This document shows positions 19,923-29,215 of a stretch of 64,000 bases of DNA, piece by piece. Origin of the DNA: Armatimonadota bacterium (GTDB lineage Bacteria > Armatimonadota > Fimbriimonadia > Fimbriimonadales > GBS-DC). The stretch covers positions 1-64,000 of the forward strand of contig JBBIJY010000010.1 in NCBI GenBank assembly GCA_037445735.1, given 5' to 3'. Numbering within the stretch: position 1 is the first letter of the stretch; every line of letters starts with the position of its first letter. The notes under the pieces were generated by a model that did no database searches, was not told the DNA's origin, and was given only the letters and a program-made list of their open reading frames with translations. The translations under genes were made by a program, and so were the position numbers.

Positions 19923-20932
19923 GGCTGTGTTGGATTCCCATCGAGAGAGTTAAGGGCATTCTGCAATTGCTGGGCAAAGGCATCCAGATTTTCGGCAGTC
20001 ACCGCCATGCGGTGCAGCTCCTTCAGTAGAGTAATATCGGCTATCTGCTGCACACGCTGAGCGATTGCTGGAGGCACCGCCCCAAACCGCGTTTCGAGGG
20101 TCAGCAATAGCGCCTGTTGTAGACCCTGTTCGATGCCCTGTTCGATGCCCTGTTCGATGCCCTGCTCGATACCTTGCAGAACGCCGCGCTCGATGGCGAA
20201 CTTCTCCAGACTTGTAAGCGGCCACTCCGACTCTTGCTCTGCCTCATGAATCACCTGTTGAACCAGCTGCTCATATTCCTTCGGCAGTACCATGATGAAA
20301 TCCACCACCTTGTACAGTTCGATGATCTCCTCATGAGTATACCCGCGCGCTCGCAGCTCGCGCACGAGGGCGATTTTCTCGCTCAGAAGGAGTTCAGGAT
20401 TACCGCGCGCTCGCAAAGCCTGCAGGTGTGCCCGAATCACCATCGCAATTGCGCTCGTATGAGCCTGCAACTGCGCTTCATCCAGTTCGATGAGCTTGGC
20501 GGTGGGAAAGGAGAACAGAAGTCGGCAGCCCGCCAGCTCATTTTCATACGCTTGCGGTCGCCAGTCGGGTTCAGCATCCGCAAGGATTGCCAAACTTACA
20601 ATGTTCGCTGACCTGTAGTAGTCGTAGAGACGATAGTAGTAGGTAAACATGCGCTGTTCAAAGGCAGGATCAGGCTGTGTTTGCACCTCCATATGGATAA
20701 ACACCGCGCCTGGCGTGCCATTTTTGAAGCGCACTTCCGCCAAATGGTCTACATACCGCTTGCCCGTTTGAGCTTCGGGCACAAGGCGCGGCAGCTCAGT
20801 GTTGCGGAACACGACAGGCGCTCCCCAATCGATGAGTTGATGAACTTGCGGGAAGAGCAGCGCGAGCGTATCTTCGAAAAACGCGCTCAGCGCCAGCTTC
20901 CAGCCACTATCGAAATGGGCTTCCTCTCCCAT
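19919..20932 (-). CDS. Rpn family PD-(D/E)XK nuclease / putative transposase
   Basis: FDSGWK, D.L..V, HMEVQ and RMF.YYYRL motifs, GIEQ repeats, L..RFG.VP C-terminal domain. Confidence 0.85.
   Translation of the reverse strand: MGEEAHFDSGWKLALSAFFEDTLALLFPQVHQLIDWGAPVVFRNTELPRLVPEAQTGKRYVDHLAEVRFKNGTPGAVFIHMEVQTQPDPAFEQRMFTYYYRLYDYYRSANIVSLAILADAEPDWRPQAYENELAGCRLLFSFPTAKLIELDEAQLQAHTSAIAMVIRAHLQALRARGNPELLLSEKIALVRELRARGYTHEEIIELYKVVDFIMVLPKEYEQLVQQVIHEAEQESEWPLTSLEKFAIERGVLQGIEQGIEQGIEQGIEQGLQQALLLTLETRFGAVPPAIAQRVQQIADITLLKELHRMAVTAENLDAFAQQLQNALNSLDGNPTQP
20123..20172. repeat. 12-bp tandem repeat encoding (GIEQ)n
   Basis: About four copies of CCCTGTTCGATG inside the Rpn-like gene. Confidence 0.85.
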
Positions 20933-21003
20933 TTGCTTGAGAGCGCTCCTGCCGATCCCTCCGTCGATTGAGGCAGTGTCTACCCGTGTGAGGGCTTTAT
21001 TAA

Positions 21004-21390
21004 CTATTCCTGATAGCACCCGCAGCCGCCACAGCCGCAGCCGGGCACGCCCTCGGCGCCCTCTGCCTGAAACGACGAACCACAGCCGCAGGTGGCTATC
21101 GCGTTCGGGTTATCGATCTTGAACCCACCACCCAGCATGTCCTCCACATAGTCGATGGAGGAGCCGTCCATATACTGGATGCTCAGATTGTCCACATAGA
21201 TTCGCACGCCGTGCGACTCGAAGATGAGATCGTCGGGTTCGGGTTCGGCGTCGTCGATCGCCATCTGATACTGCAGTCCGCTGCAGCCGCCACCCGCCAC
21301 CCACACGCGCAAGCTGGCGTTCGGGATGCCCTGCTCCTCCAGCAACGCTTTGATCTCCTGAGCCGCACGCTCGGTAAGTGTGATTGCCAT
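21004..21390 (-). CDS. A-type Fe-S cluster carrier (IscA/ErpA/HesB family)
   Basis: GGGCSG and NPNA..TCGCGSSF motifs. Confidence 0.92.
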   Translation of the reverse strand: MAITLTERAAQEIKALLEEQGIPNASLRVWVAGGGCSGLQYQMAIDDAEPEPDDLIFESHGVRIYVDNLSIQYMDGSSIDYVEDMLGGGFKIDNPNAIATCGCGSSFQAEGAEGVPGCGCGGCGCYQE

Positions 21391-21552
21391 CGGTCTCTAC
21401 CTCCACAGGGATTATACCCGACCGAACCCCGCTTCATGAGTGAGCCAGAACCCGCATTTCTGGCATGTGAAGGGGACGGCTGGATGTGGAAAAATGCTCC
21501 TGCAGGCGCCTGACACGGCGTCCGATACTCTTGCAACAGGAGGAGTGGAACG

Positions 21553-21981
21553 ATGCGACGAGCGAAGGGCTTTACCCTGATCGAGATGCTCGCGGTGCTG
21601 GTGATTCTGGTGACACTGGCGGCGATTGTGATCCCGCGCTTTATTAATGCGGGCACACGCAGCCGCGAAGCCGCTTTACGACAGACGCTGGCGGAAGTGC
21701 GCAACGCCATCTCCATCTTCCGCAACGACACGGGCTACTACCCCCAGCAGCTCAGCGACCTGACGGCGACCACCCCACCGACTCAGGGCTATGACCGCTG
21801 GGGTCAGCTCCAGCCGATTGACCCTGCCGATTATCACGGTCCCTATCTGGATAAGCTGCCCATCTGCCCCATTTCCAAGCAGCCGCTGCAGTACTATCGG
21901 AACGCGCAGACGGGCGCATGGGATGTGCGCAGCCCGTCCACCGCACGCGCACAGGACGGCACGCGCTACAACACCTGGTAG
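21553..21981 (+). CDS. Type II secretion/type IV pilin-like protein (GspG-like)
   Basis: KG|FTLIEM class III signal; F.NDTGYYP..L.DL. Confidence 0.85.
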   Translation: MRRAKGFTLIEMLAVLVILVTLAAIVIPRFINAGTRSREAALRQTLAEVRNAISIFRNDTGYYPQQLSDLTATTPPTQGYDRWGQLQPIDPADYHGPYLDKLPICPISKQPLQYYRNAQTGAWDVRSPSTARAQDGTRYNTW

Positions 21982-21989
21982 GTGGTGTT

Positions 21990-22400
21990 ATGCAGGGTCG
22001 GGACTATCGCCAGCAGCGGGGTTTGAGCCTCGTGGAGGTGCTCATCGCGGTGGTTATCATCGCGGTGGGGCTGCTGGCGATTGCCGGCACGCTGGGCTGG
22101 GTCAGCCGTTCCAGCACCAAGCTACGCTACCAGAAAGTCGCCCTCACGCTGGCGGAAAGCAAGCTGGCAGAGCTGGAGGCTGACCCGGATCTCCCTGCCA
22201 CACCCGTCACCCGGCTGTTCAGTGTGGGGCAACCCGTTAGCGACCTGCCGCGCGGAGCCGTGATGCGGCTCTATTCCGAGCCGTTTCCGACGCCGACCGA
22301 AAAACGCCTGCGTCGGGTGCGAATCGAGGTGAGCTGGGGTGCACCCAACGACCCGCTCAGCGGGCGAATCGTGCGCGAGCGGCTCATCTGCTTGAGGTGA
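21990..22400 (+). CDS. Minor pilin (PilV/GspI-like)
   Basis: RG|LSLVEVL class III signal; V.IEVSW. Confidence 0.8.
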   Translation: MQGRDYRQQRGLSLVEVLIAVVIIAVGLLAIAGTLGWVSRSSTKLRYQKVALTLAESKLAELEADPDLPATPVTRLFSVGQPVSDLPRGAVMRLYSEPFPTPTEKRLRRVRIEVSWGAPNDPLSGRIVRERLICLR

Positions 22401-23008
22401 GAACCGTGCGACGGCAAAAAGGCTTGACGCTGGTGGAAGCACTCATCGCGCTTGCGGTCGCAGGCTTGCTGGTCGCAGCCCTGTTGACCCTTTATGTGCA
22501 GGGCACGCGCGGCTCCACACACCTGCAGAGCAAGGCGCTCACCGAGCGCATGGTGGAAACCGCGCTGATGGAGATGGAAAGCGCGTGCCGACAGGCAATG
22601 TTCGCAGAGGTCAAAAACGGGCGACTGATTCTGACCTTCCCGCGCGATACCGACGCCTACGGCAAGCCCATGCCGGTCAAGGCGAAAGATTCTCCCACCT
22701 ATCGCAAGGGCACAGAAATGGTGTATTACCTGTCAGACGCCTCCGGCGCTCTCAATCGGCGCGGCACCATCCTCTGGCGAGGCATTCTATCGAGCAGCTC
22801 CGTTCAGCCCGATACCTCCTGGAGCCTGCTGGGCAACGGGCAGGGACGAATCATGCCCATCACCCGGTTCACCCCATCGGTGCGAATCTTGCCCGCGGGC
22901 GTGGCGGTGACCCTGACGGTGCAATCGGTCATTCAATCAGGGGAGGATCGCTATGAGACAACACGCACGCGCACATTCCTGGTGCAGAATGCGAACACAT
23001 GGCGTTAG
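22397..23008 (+). CDS. Minor pilin (PilW/GspJ-like)
   Basis: KG|LTLVEAL class III signal; GTGA overlap with the previous gene. Confidence 0.8.
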   Translation: MRTVRRQKGLTLVEALIALAVAGLLVAALLTLYVQGTRGSTHLQSKALTERMVETALMEMESACRQAMFAEVKNGRLILTFPRDTDAYGKPMPVKAKDSPTYRKGTEMVYYLSDASGALNRRGTILWRGILSSSSVQPDTSWSLLGNGQGRIMPITRFTPSVRILPAGVAVTLTVQSVIQSGEDRYETTRTRTFLVQNANTWR

Positions 23009-24020
23009 ACGTCAGCGCGGCAGCACCTACGCGATTGCGCTGATTGTGCTCACGGTGCTGGGCACGCTGGCGACGATGCTCGGCTGGAGCGCGCTGCTGC
23101 AGAGCTGGCACGCACAGCGTAAAGAGACCCAGCTGCGCCTCGATTCGCTGCTCGCCAGCGGCGTCACCTACGCCCGCTGGGCACGCGCCTACCAGGGGCA
23201 GAGCCTGCCCTTCACTTTCAACCTGAACCTGAGTGAAGGGCGCGTCACCGGGCGCGTGGACGCCGATAGTCGCTACGGCGATAACGCCATGGTGGTGCAG
23301 GTCACCGCCACCTACAGGGATCAAACAAAGTCGCTCACGCGAATCGTGGATGGCACCCGCAGAGCGCGCAGCACCACCGAGTTCGCCCTCTTCATCGATG
23401 AAGAGCTCGATGTGGGATCGGGCAGAAAGCTGAGCGTCGAAGGCGACCTGCACGCCAACAACAATATCCAGGTGCAATCCGGTGGGGTCCTGACTGTCGA
23501 TGGCGCCATCAGCACAAGCCGACAGATTCTTGGTAGTGCCATCGCCACCCTCTATAGCGAAACCTGGGGGCGTCTCGTGCCAAACGACCTGCCCAGCCTG
23601 ACCAATCTGCGCTCACAAGCCACCCAGGTAGTTGCTGGCAATCAGAACCTGCCGTTCGGACTGACACTGCCGAACCAGTCCGTCTACTATGTACAGGGCA
23701 ACCTGCAGATTCAGGGACCGCTGCAGGGCAACGCGATTATCGTGGCGGAAGGCAATATTGTGTTCACGGGCGACACCAGCTACGCCGACAACGACTCGCT
23801 GTTCGTGTTCTTTGCGGAGGGCAACATCGAGGTGCCCGATAACGTCCGCGTGTCGGGGCTGCTTATCAGCCTCGATGGGAATGTGAAACTGGGTAACAGG
23901 GCGCAGGTCAACGGCGGGATTATCATTCTGGATGGCGATTTGCAGCTGCAGGGCGAGGCACAGCTCGAACATGACCCGCGCATTAACGCCGACCTCTTCC
24001 GCGAGCTGACTCGCCTATAG
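22989..24020 (+). CDS. PilX/GspK-like minor pilin with C-terminal beta-solenoid
   Basis: RG|STYAIAL lacking Glu5; repeated G[ND][ILV] beta-helix motifs. Confidence 0.7.
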   Translation: MRTHGVRRQRGSTYAIALIVLTVLGTLATMLGWSALLQSWHAQRKETQLRLDSLLASGVTYARWARAYQGQSLPFTFNLNLSEGRVTGRVDADSRYGDNAMVVQVTATYRDQTKSLTRIVDGTRRARSTTEFALFIDEELDVGSGRKLSVEGDLHANNNIQVQSGGVLTVDGAISTSRQILGSAIATLYSETWGRLVPNDLPSLTNLRSQATQVVAGNQNLPFGLTLPNQSVYYVQGNLQIQGPLQGNAIIVAEGNIVFTGDTSYADNDSLFVFFAEGNIEVPDNVRVSGLLISLDGNVKLGNRAQVNGGIIILDGDLQLQGEAQLEHDPRINADLFRELTRL

Positions 24021-24237
24021 GAAACTACGGGGGTGCTCCCGGTTCTCGACGTACCGATCCCATGAAGAGGTGGATATTGCCTGGCACAGGGAGATTTATT
24101 GACGCAAGGAGGCTTTATCGATGAGACGATGGTGCTGGATTCGGAACGGTCATTCGGCAGACCCTGAGCGGTCAGGTCTGTCAGGGCAGGAGCACGGGTG
24201 TGATGCTCGCGTCCCTGCAGGAGGGGGCGCACAGCCA

Positions 24238-25824
24238 GTGCGCACGGCTGTCCTGCTGATGTCGTTGCTGTTGTGGGGCGCGCTCGCGACACGCTCCACC
24301 CTCCTGCTGACAGCTTGCGTCGGACTGAGCGTGGCGACGCTGTTGCTCTGGCAGCAGGAGCGTCGGTCGGAGGGTCAGCGTCCGATGGCCTGGGCGCTGC
24401 TCTGGCTGATTGCCTGCGCCCTGCTGATTCTTTCGCCCGAGCCGTCGCGCACATGGTGGATGGCAGGCGCGTTCGGATTAGCAGCGGGATGGGCTGGCGG
24501 GAGCCGTCTCTGGCGCACGCTGGGCGTTACGATGGCGGTGTTCGCCAGCATCGAGTGGCAGATGCTCGGTGATGGGTTGACCCTCAGCCTGCAGAGCGCG
24601 TCGGCACTGTGGGGGTTAGCCGAGCAGCTGCTGCGAATCGGCTTGCTGGGGCTGGGTGCATGGCTGGTCGGTCGCGCGCCAGCGGGCGATTCGGCGCCCG
24701 TGAAGCAGGCTGTGGAGCCTGTGCCGTTAGAGAACCTGCCCCACCCGCGCTTCCTCTCTCAGCGGTTGAGCGTCTACCTGCAGCAGCATCTGCCGCGCCT
24801 GCAGGCGGAAGGCGCCGTGCTGTATCTGTACGATTTGCGCGCGGGCGCCCTGGATGCCGTTCTACGGCTGGGAGCGTTGCCCGATTTAGTCAAGCAGCGG
24901 GCGCGCGTGCCGATGGGCGACGGGATGGTGGGCGTGTGTGCCGCCACGGGGCGACCGCTGGCGTTCCTCTCGCTGCTGAAGCCGCCCGCTGACCTGCCGC
25001 GCAATGTGGCGTGGGAGGGCGCACCCAGCCTCTGTGTGCCCCTGTTCGACCCCACCAGCCCCAGCGGGCGACCGCTCGGCGTGCTTCAACTCACTGGAAC
25101 CCACCTCTCGATGGAGGCGCTGCCGCTCGCTCAATCGGTTGCCGCTCGTCTCGCTGAAGCGCTGGCACTTGTGCGCCAGCGCGAAGCCGAGCAGCTGGCA
25201 AACTTCCAGAAGCTGAGCGCGATTGTCGCTCAGGTGGAAGAGCAAAGCCCCCACACGCGCGGGCACTCCCATCGCGTGGCGGCGCTGTGCGACCTGCTCG
25301 CCGAAGAGCTGGGGCTGGAACCCGAGCTGCGCGAGAAGCTGCGCATCGCCGCGCTCTTCCACGACATCGGCAAAACGCGCGTGCCGCCCGAAATCCTCAA
25401 CAAAGAGGGCGCACTCACCGATGAAGAAAAACTCCAGATCCGCCGATACCCCATCTACAGCGTGGAAATCTGCGGCGGTATGGGCTTCGACGAGGATGTG
25501 CTGTTCCTGATCCGGCACCATGGCGAGCGGCTGGATGGTTCGGGCTATCCCGATGGGCTGGACGCCGCGCGTCAGCCCCTGGCGCTGCGCATCCTTGCCG
25601 TCGCCGATGTGTTCGACACGATGGCATGCACGCGCGCCTATCGCGACGCCTTAAGCACCGAGGAGCGCCTGCGCGAGCTGTCGCGCCTGGCGGGCACCAG
25701 GCTGGACATCCTGGTGGTGGAGACCCTGCGTCGGGCGCACCTGCAGGGGCGACTGGAGCCAATCTACAACGAGCTGCTGCGTGATCCGCTGGCGAGTCAG
25801 GAGCCGAAGCTGCTGGCGGCATAG
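24238..25824 (+). CDS. Membrane GAF + HD-GYP domain protein (c-di-GMP phosphodiesterase-like)
   Basis: TM helices, GAF (G.GMVG..A.TG.P), GHS.RVA, FHDIGK, DGSGYPDG; start is GTG 24238 or in-frame ATG 24121. Confidence 0.85.
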   Translation: MRTAVLLMSLLLWGALATRSTLLLTACVGLSVATLLLWQQERRSEGQRPMAWALLWLIACALLILSPEPSRTWWMAGAFGLAAGWAGGSRLWRTLGVTMAVFASIEWQMLGDGLTLSLQSASALWGLAEQLLRIGLLGLGAWLVGRAPAGDSAPVKQAVEPVPLENLPHPRFLSQRLSVYLQQHLPRLQAEGAVLYLYDLRAGALDAVLRLGALPDLVKQRARVPMGDGMVGVCAATGRPLAFLSLLKPPADLPRNVAWEGAPSLCVPLFDPTSPSGRPLGVLQLTGTHLSMEALPLAQSVAARLAEALALVRQREAEQLANFQKLSAIVAQVEEQSPHTRGHSHRVAALCDLLAEELGLEPELREKLRIAALFHDIGKTRVPPEILNKEGALTDEEKLQIRRYPIYSVEICGGMGFDEDVLFLIRHHGERLDGSGYPDGLDAARQPLALRILAVADVFDTMACTRAYRDALSTEERLRELSRLAGTRLDILVVETLRRAHLQGRLEPIYNELLRDPLASQEPKLLAA

Positions 25825-25825
25825 A

Positions 25826-26476
25826 TCAGTGCGGGCGGTGCTGGCGTCGCATCCAGAGCCAGCCGAGCGGGAGCCCGACCAGCGCGCCCAGCAGGGCGCC
25901 CCAGCCGCCGAACGCCCAGTAGCCCAGCCAGCCCAGGATCGCAGGGGGCAATCCCAGCACCAGCAGATAGACCATCAGCAGCCCTGCCACCATGCCCCCA
26001 ATCAAGCCGACCAGCGCGCCCGGAATACAGCCCACAATCCCGAACGGCAGCCCAACGAGGAAGCCCGCCACCAGCCCCAGCCCTGCGAACAGCCCCGACA
26101 GCAGCTGCGCCCACACAGGCAGCGTGTGGGTCTGCACCTGCACGCGCTGGAACCGCTGCTGATAGCCCGCCCGCATCTGCATGTAGGGGTCGCGCGGGGA
26201 AGCACGCACCGAAAGCGGTCTGGGCGGTGTGGCTGTGCCGCCGCCGTTCTGGCGCGCCGCATCGTACGCCGCCCGCCGCGCCGGGTTGCCCAGAATCGCG
26301 TACGCCGCGTTCACCCGCTTCATCTTCTCTTCATACTCGCGCTGCTTGCCGTCGGGCGCATGATCGGGATGGTAGCGCCGTGCCAGCTGGCGATAGGCTT
26401 GCCGAATCGCCTCCTGCGAGGCATCGGGCGTCAGCCCCAGCTCCCGATAGGCGTCCCAGTGCCGTTCGAACCGCAT
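25826..26476 (-). CDS. J-domain membrane protein
   Basis: YRQLARRYHPD J-domain plus C-terminal hydrophobic Gly-rich helices. Confidence 0.85.
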   Translation of the reverse strand: MRFERHWDAYRELGLTPDASQEAIRQAYRQLARRYHPDHAPDGKQREYEEKMKRVNAAYAILGNPARRAAYDAARQNGGGTATPPRPLSVRASPRDPYMQMRAGYQQRFQRVQVQTHTLPVWAQLLSGLFAGLGLVAGFLVGLPFGIVGCIPGALVGLIGGMVAGLLMVYLLVLGLPPAILGWLGYWAFGGWGALLGALVGLPLGWLWMRRQHRPH

Positions 26477-26508
26477 CGCCCCCTTCTATTGTACACCACC
26501 GGAACGCC

Positions 26509-28113
26509 TTAATCGGTGAGCAGCTTTTGCAGGCGTTGGGCAAGCTGCGCCAGAGTGAACGGCTTCTCCAGCAGTTCGATGCCCGGTTTCAGCTCGCCGC
26601 GCTCGGCGATGGCGTTCGCCGTGTAGCCCGAAATGAACAGCACCCTCAGGTTCGGGTTCAGCCGCTGCAGACGCTCGGTCAGCTCGGTACTGCTCATTTG
26701 CGGCAGCACCACATCGGTAATCAGCAGGTCGAACGCCGTCGGCTGACGCTCGAACTGTTCGATGGCTTCGGCAGGGCTGACCACAGGAAGCACCGTATAG
26801 CCCAGCGCGATCAGCATCTGCGTGATGGCGTCGCGCGTGCTGTCGTCGTCCTCCACCAGCAGGATCGAGCCGTGCCCGCGCGGTATTTCGTGCGTGGGAG
26901 TCGGGGCAGCGGCAGGCGGCTGGGCAGGCTGATCGATGCGCGGCAGATAGATTTTGAAGGTGGTGCCTTTGCCCGGCTCGCTGTAGACCCAGATGTATCC
27001 GTTCGCCTGCGTGATGATGCCATGCACGGTCGCCAGCCCCAGCCCCGTGCCTTCCTCGCGCGTGGTGAAGAACGGCTCAAATATATGGGGCAGATGTTCA
27101 GGCGGGATACCGTGCCCCGTGTCCGTGACGCTCAACAGCACATAGTCGCCCGGCTGCACAGACCAGTGTGTTTCGCTGTAGTCGGCGCCCAGTGTATAGT
27201 TCGCTGTCTCAATAATCAGTTTGCCGCCAGCGGGCATCGCCTCGCGCGCGTTCGCTGCCAGATTCAGCAGCACCTGCTCAATCTGAACGGCATCGACGCG
27301 CACCGTGCCCAGATTGGACATCAGATGGGTCTGTACCTCGATATCCTCGCCCAGCAGCCGTTGCAGAAGGGGCAGATGATCCCGTATCAGCGTGTTGAGG
27401 TCGGTCGGGCGCGGCGTGATGAGACGGCGACTGGCAATCGCCAGCAACTGGCTGACCATCTGGCTACCCCGCGACACACTGTGCAGAATCTGTTGCAGAG
27501 CCGACTGCATTGGATGATCCGCCTCCAGATTCAGCCGGGCAATCTCCGCGAAGCCGCTGATTGCCGCCAGAATGTTGTTGAAATCGTGGGCGATCCCACC
27601 CGCTAAGCGTCCAATACTCTCCAGCCGTTGTGCCTGCTCCACCTGCTGTTGCAGACGGCGCTGCTCCGTGCGATCCGTCATCAGCATCAGCACGCCCACC
27701 GGCACGGTGTTTGAATCTGTCAGGGGCTGCACAGACGCCTCGTACCAGCGCTTGCGCCACTCGAACTCGCAACGCGATGCCTCCCCGTTCAGGGCGCGGT
27801 GATACACCGTGATCACGGGGATGTCCTCACCCACTGTGCCGAAATAGTCATGCAGGCTCTGACCCGGCATCTGGCTCTCGTCCAGCTCCAGCGCTCTAAG
27901 CCCTGTGCCAGTGGCAGAAGTGATGCGCGCCTCCCTGTCCAGCGTCAGCAGCACCACCGGCAACTGATCGAGCAGCACCTGCAGGCGCGCCTCGCGATCG
28001 CGCAGCATCGCCTCCATGCCCTGCATCCGTTCCACCAGCGCCCGCAACTGGCTGTTCTCCTCCAGTAGCTGCGCATAGGCATGTTGCAACTGCTCCTGTT
28101 CCGAATGTTCCAT
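26509..28113 (-). CDS. Hybrid PAS histidine kinase/response regulator
   Basis: GIAHDFNNIL, NLAANAREAM, DTGHG and GTGLGL motifs; receiver domain LITDVVLP. Confidence 0.93.
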   Translation of the reverse strand: MEHSEQEQLQHAYAQLLEENSQLRALVERMQGMEAMLRDREARLQVLLDQLPVVLLTLDREARITSATGTGLRALELDESQMPGQSLHDYFGTVGEDIPVITVYHRALNGEASRCEFEWRKRWYEASVQPLTDSNTVPVGVLMLMTDRTEQRRLQQQVEQAQRLESIGRLAGGIAHDFNNILAAISGFAEIARLNLEADHPMQSALQQILHSVSRGSQMVSQLLAIASRRLITPRPTDLNTLIRDHLPLLQRLLGEDIEVQTHLMSNLGTVRVDAVQIEQVLLNLAANAREAMPAGGKLIIETANYTLGADYSETHWSVQPGDYVLLSVTDTGHGIPPEHLPHIFEPFFTTREEGTGLGLATVHGIITQANGYIWVYSEPGKGTTFKIYLPRIDQPAQPPAAAPTPTHEIPRGHGSILLVEDDDSTRDAITQMLIALGYTVLPVVSPAEAIEQFERQPTAFDLLITDVVLPQMSSTELTERLQRLNPNLRVLFISGYTANAIAERGELKPGIELLEKPFTLAQLAQRLQKLLTD

Positions 28114-28239
28114 TCTGCCTCCCTGTTGAATGAGCAAACGGAGCAGCGGTGCATCTGCCTTTCGGGAACAGCCCCCGTTCGCTATCAAAATCAGTATACC
28201 CGATTTTGTCAGGTGAAATGAAATTGCGCATTTTTTCTT

Positions 28240-29154
28240 TTAGAGGGGTGGGCGGATGGGCAGGAAGGTGAGCATCAGGCGCAGCAGGCTCTTGACGCGC
28301 AGCGGGTAGAGGCGCAGGGAGTGCAGGTACGCCTGCCGCGCCCGACGCCGATTGCCCAGCAGGGCGTACTCCGTGCCCAGACAGGCGTAGGAATGCGCCA
28401 GCGCCAATCGCATCGCCTGCGCGTCGTTCGCCCGCTGCCACAACCGCGCCTCGTTCGCATGGATGGTCTCTTCACGCACGCGCACATCGTCCTCGTACAC
28501 GCGCCGATGCTGGAACGAGGCGTTCGCCCCATGCACCCGATAGAAGGTCAACGGCTCATCGATGAAGGCGATATCGTATTCCAGTGCAATCCGAAACCAC
28601 ATCTCCCAGTCGCCGGAGCCGAACAGGTCTTCGCGGAAGCCGCCCAGCCGCTCAAAGCATTCCCGGCGCACCAGCACCGATGAGGCGATGATCTTATTGC
28701 AGCGCACCAGCGCCTCGATGATGTTGCCCGACGGCGTTCGGGGCCACTCGAAGCCCAGCGGGTTGCCCGACAGGAGATTGCCTTCCGCATCGATGAAGCG
28801 TCCATCGGTATGCACCAGTCCCACCTGCGGCTGCGCCTCTAAAAGTGCGACCTGCTTTTCCAGTTTGGTGGGCGCCCAGCGGTCGTCGGAGTTCAGAATC
28901 GCCAGATAGCGCCCGCGCGACTCCGCGATACAGCGATTGAGGGTTGGATAGGTGCCGCGGTTGGGCTGGGTGAACAGGCGGATGCGCTCCCCGTAGCTGC
29001 GCAACAGTTCGACGGAGTGATCCGTGCTGCCGTCATCCACCACTACGATCTCATAGTCGGTGAAGGTCTGCTCGAACACGCTTTGCAGGGCGTCGGGCAG
29101 GAACCGCGCGTGATTATAGCTGGGTATCAGCACGCTCACCGTCGGCTGGCTCAT
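28240..29154 (-). CDS. Glycosyltransferase family 2
   Basis: VSVLIPSYN, VVDDGSTD, LNSDD and DWEMW motifs. Confidence 0.92.
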   Translation of the reverse strand: MSQPTVSVLIPSYNHARFLPDALQSVFEQTFTDYEIVVVDDGSTDHSVELLRSYGERIRLFTQPNRGTYPTLNRCIAESRGRYLAILNSDDRWAPTKLEKQVALLEAQPQVGLVHTDGRFIDAEGNLLSGNPLGFEWPRTPSGNIIEALVRCNKIIASSVLVRRECFERLGGFREDLFGSGDWEMWFRIALEYDIAFIDEPLTFYRVHGANASFQHRRVYEDDVRVREETIHANEARLWQRANDAQAMRLALAHSYACLGTEYALLGNRRRARQAYLHSLRLYPLRVKSLLRLMLTFLPIRPPL

Positions 29155-29215
29155 CGAGTCGATTGTACCTCTCACGCGAGATAAGATTCAGGGTCAATCA
29201 GGTACACTTGCGTTG

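Noticed and set aside
21498-21530. Sigma28-like promoter before the pilin cluster (CCGATA)
   Set aside because: There is no convincing TAAA -35 element at the right spacing.
24082-24112. c-di-GMP-I riboswitch or sigma54 promoter (TGGCACAGGG...GACGCAA)
   Set aside because: It lacks the GCAAAC/GNRA-tetraloop core and the correctly spaced TTGC -12 element.
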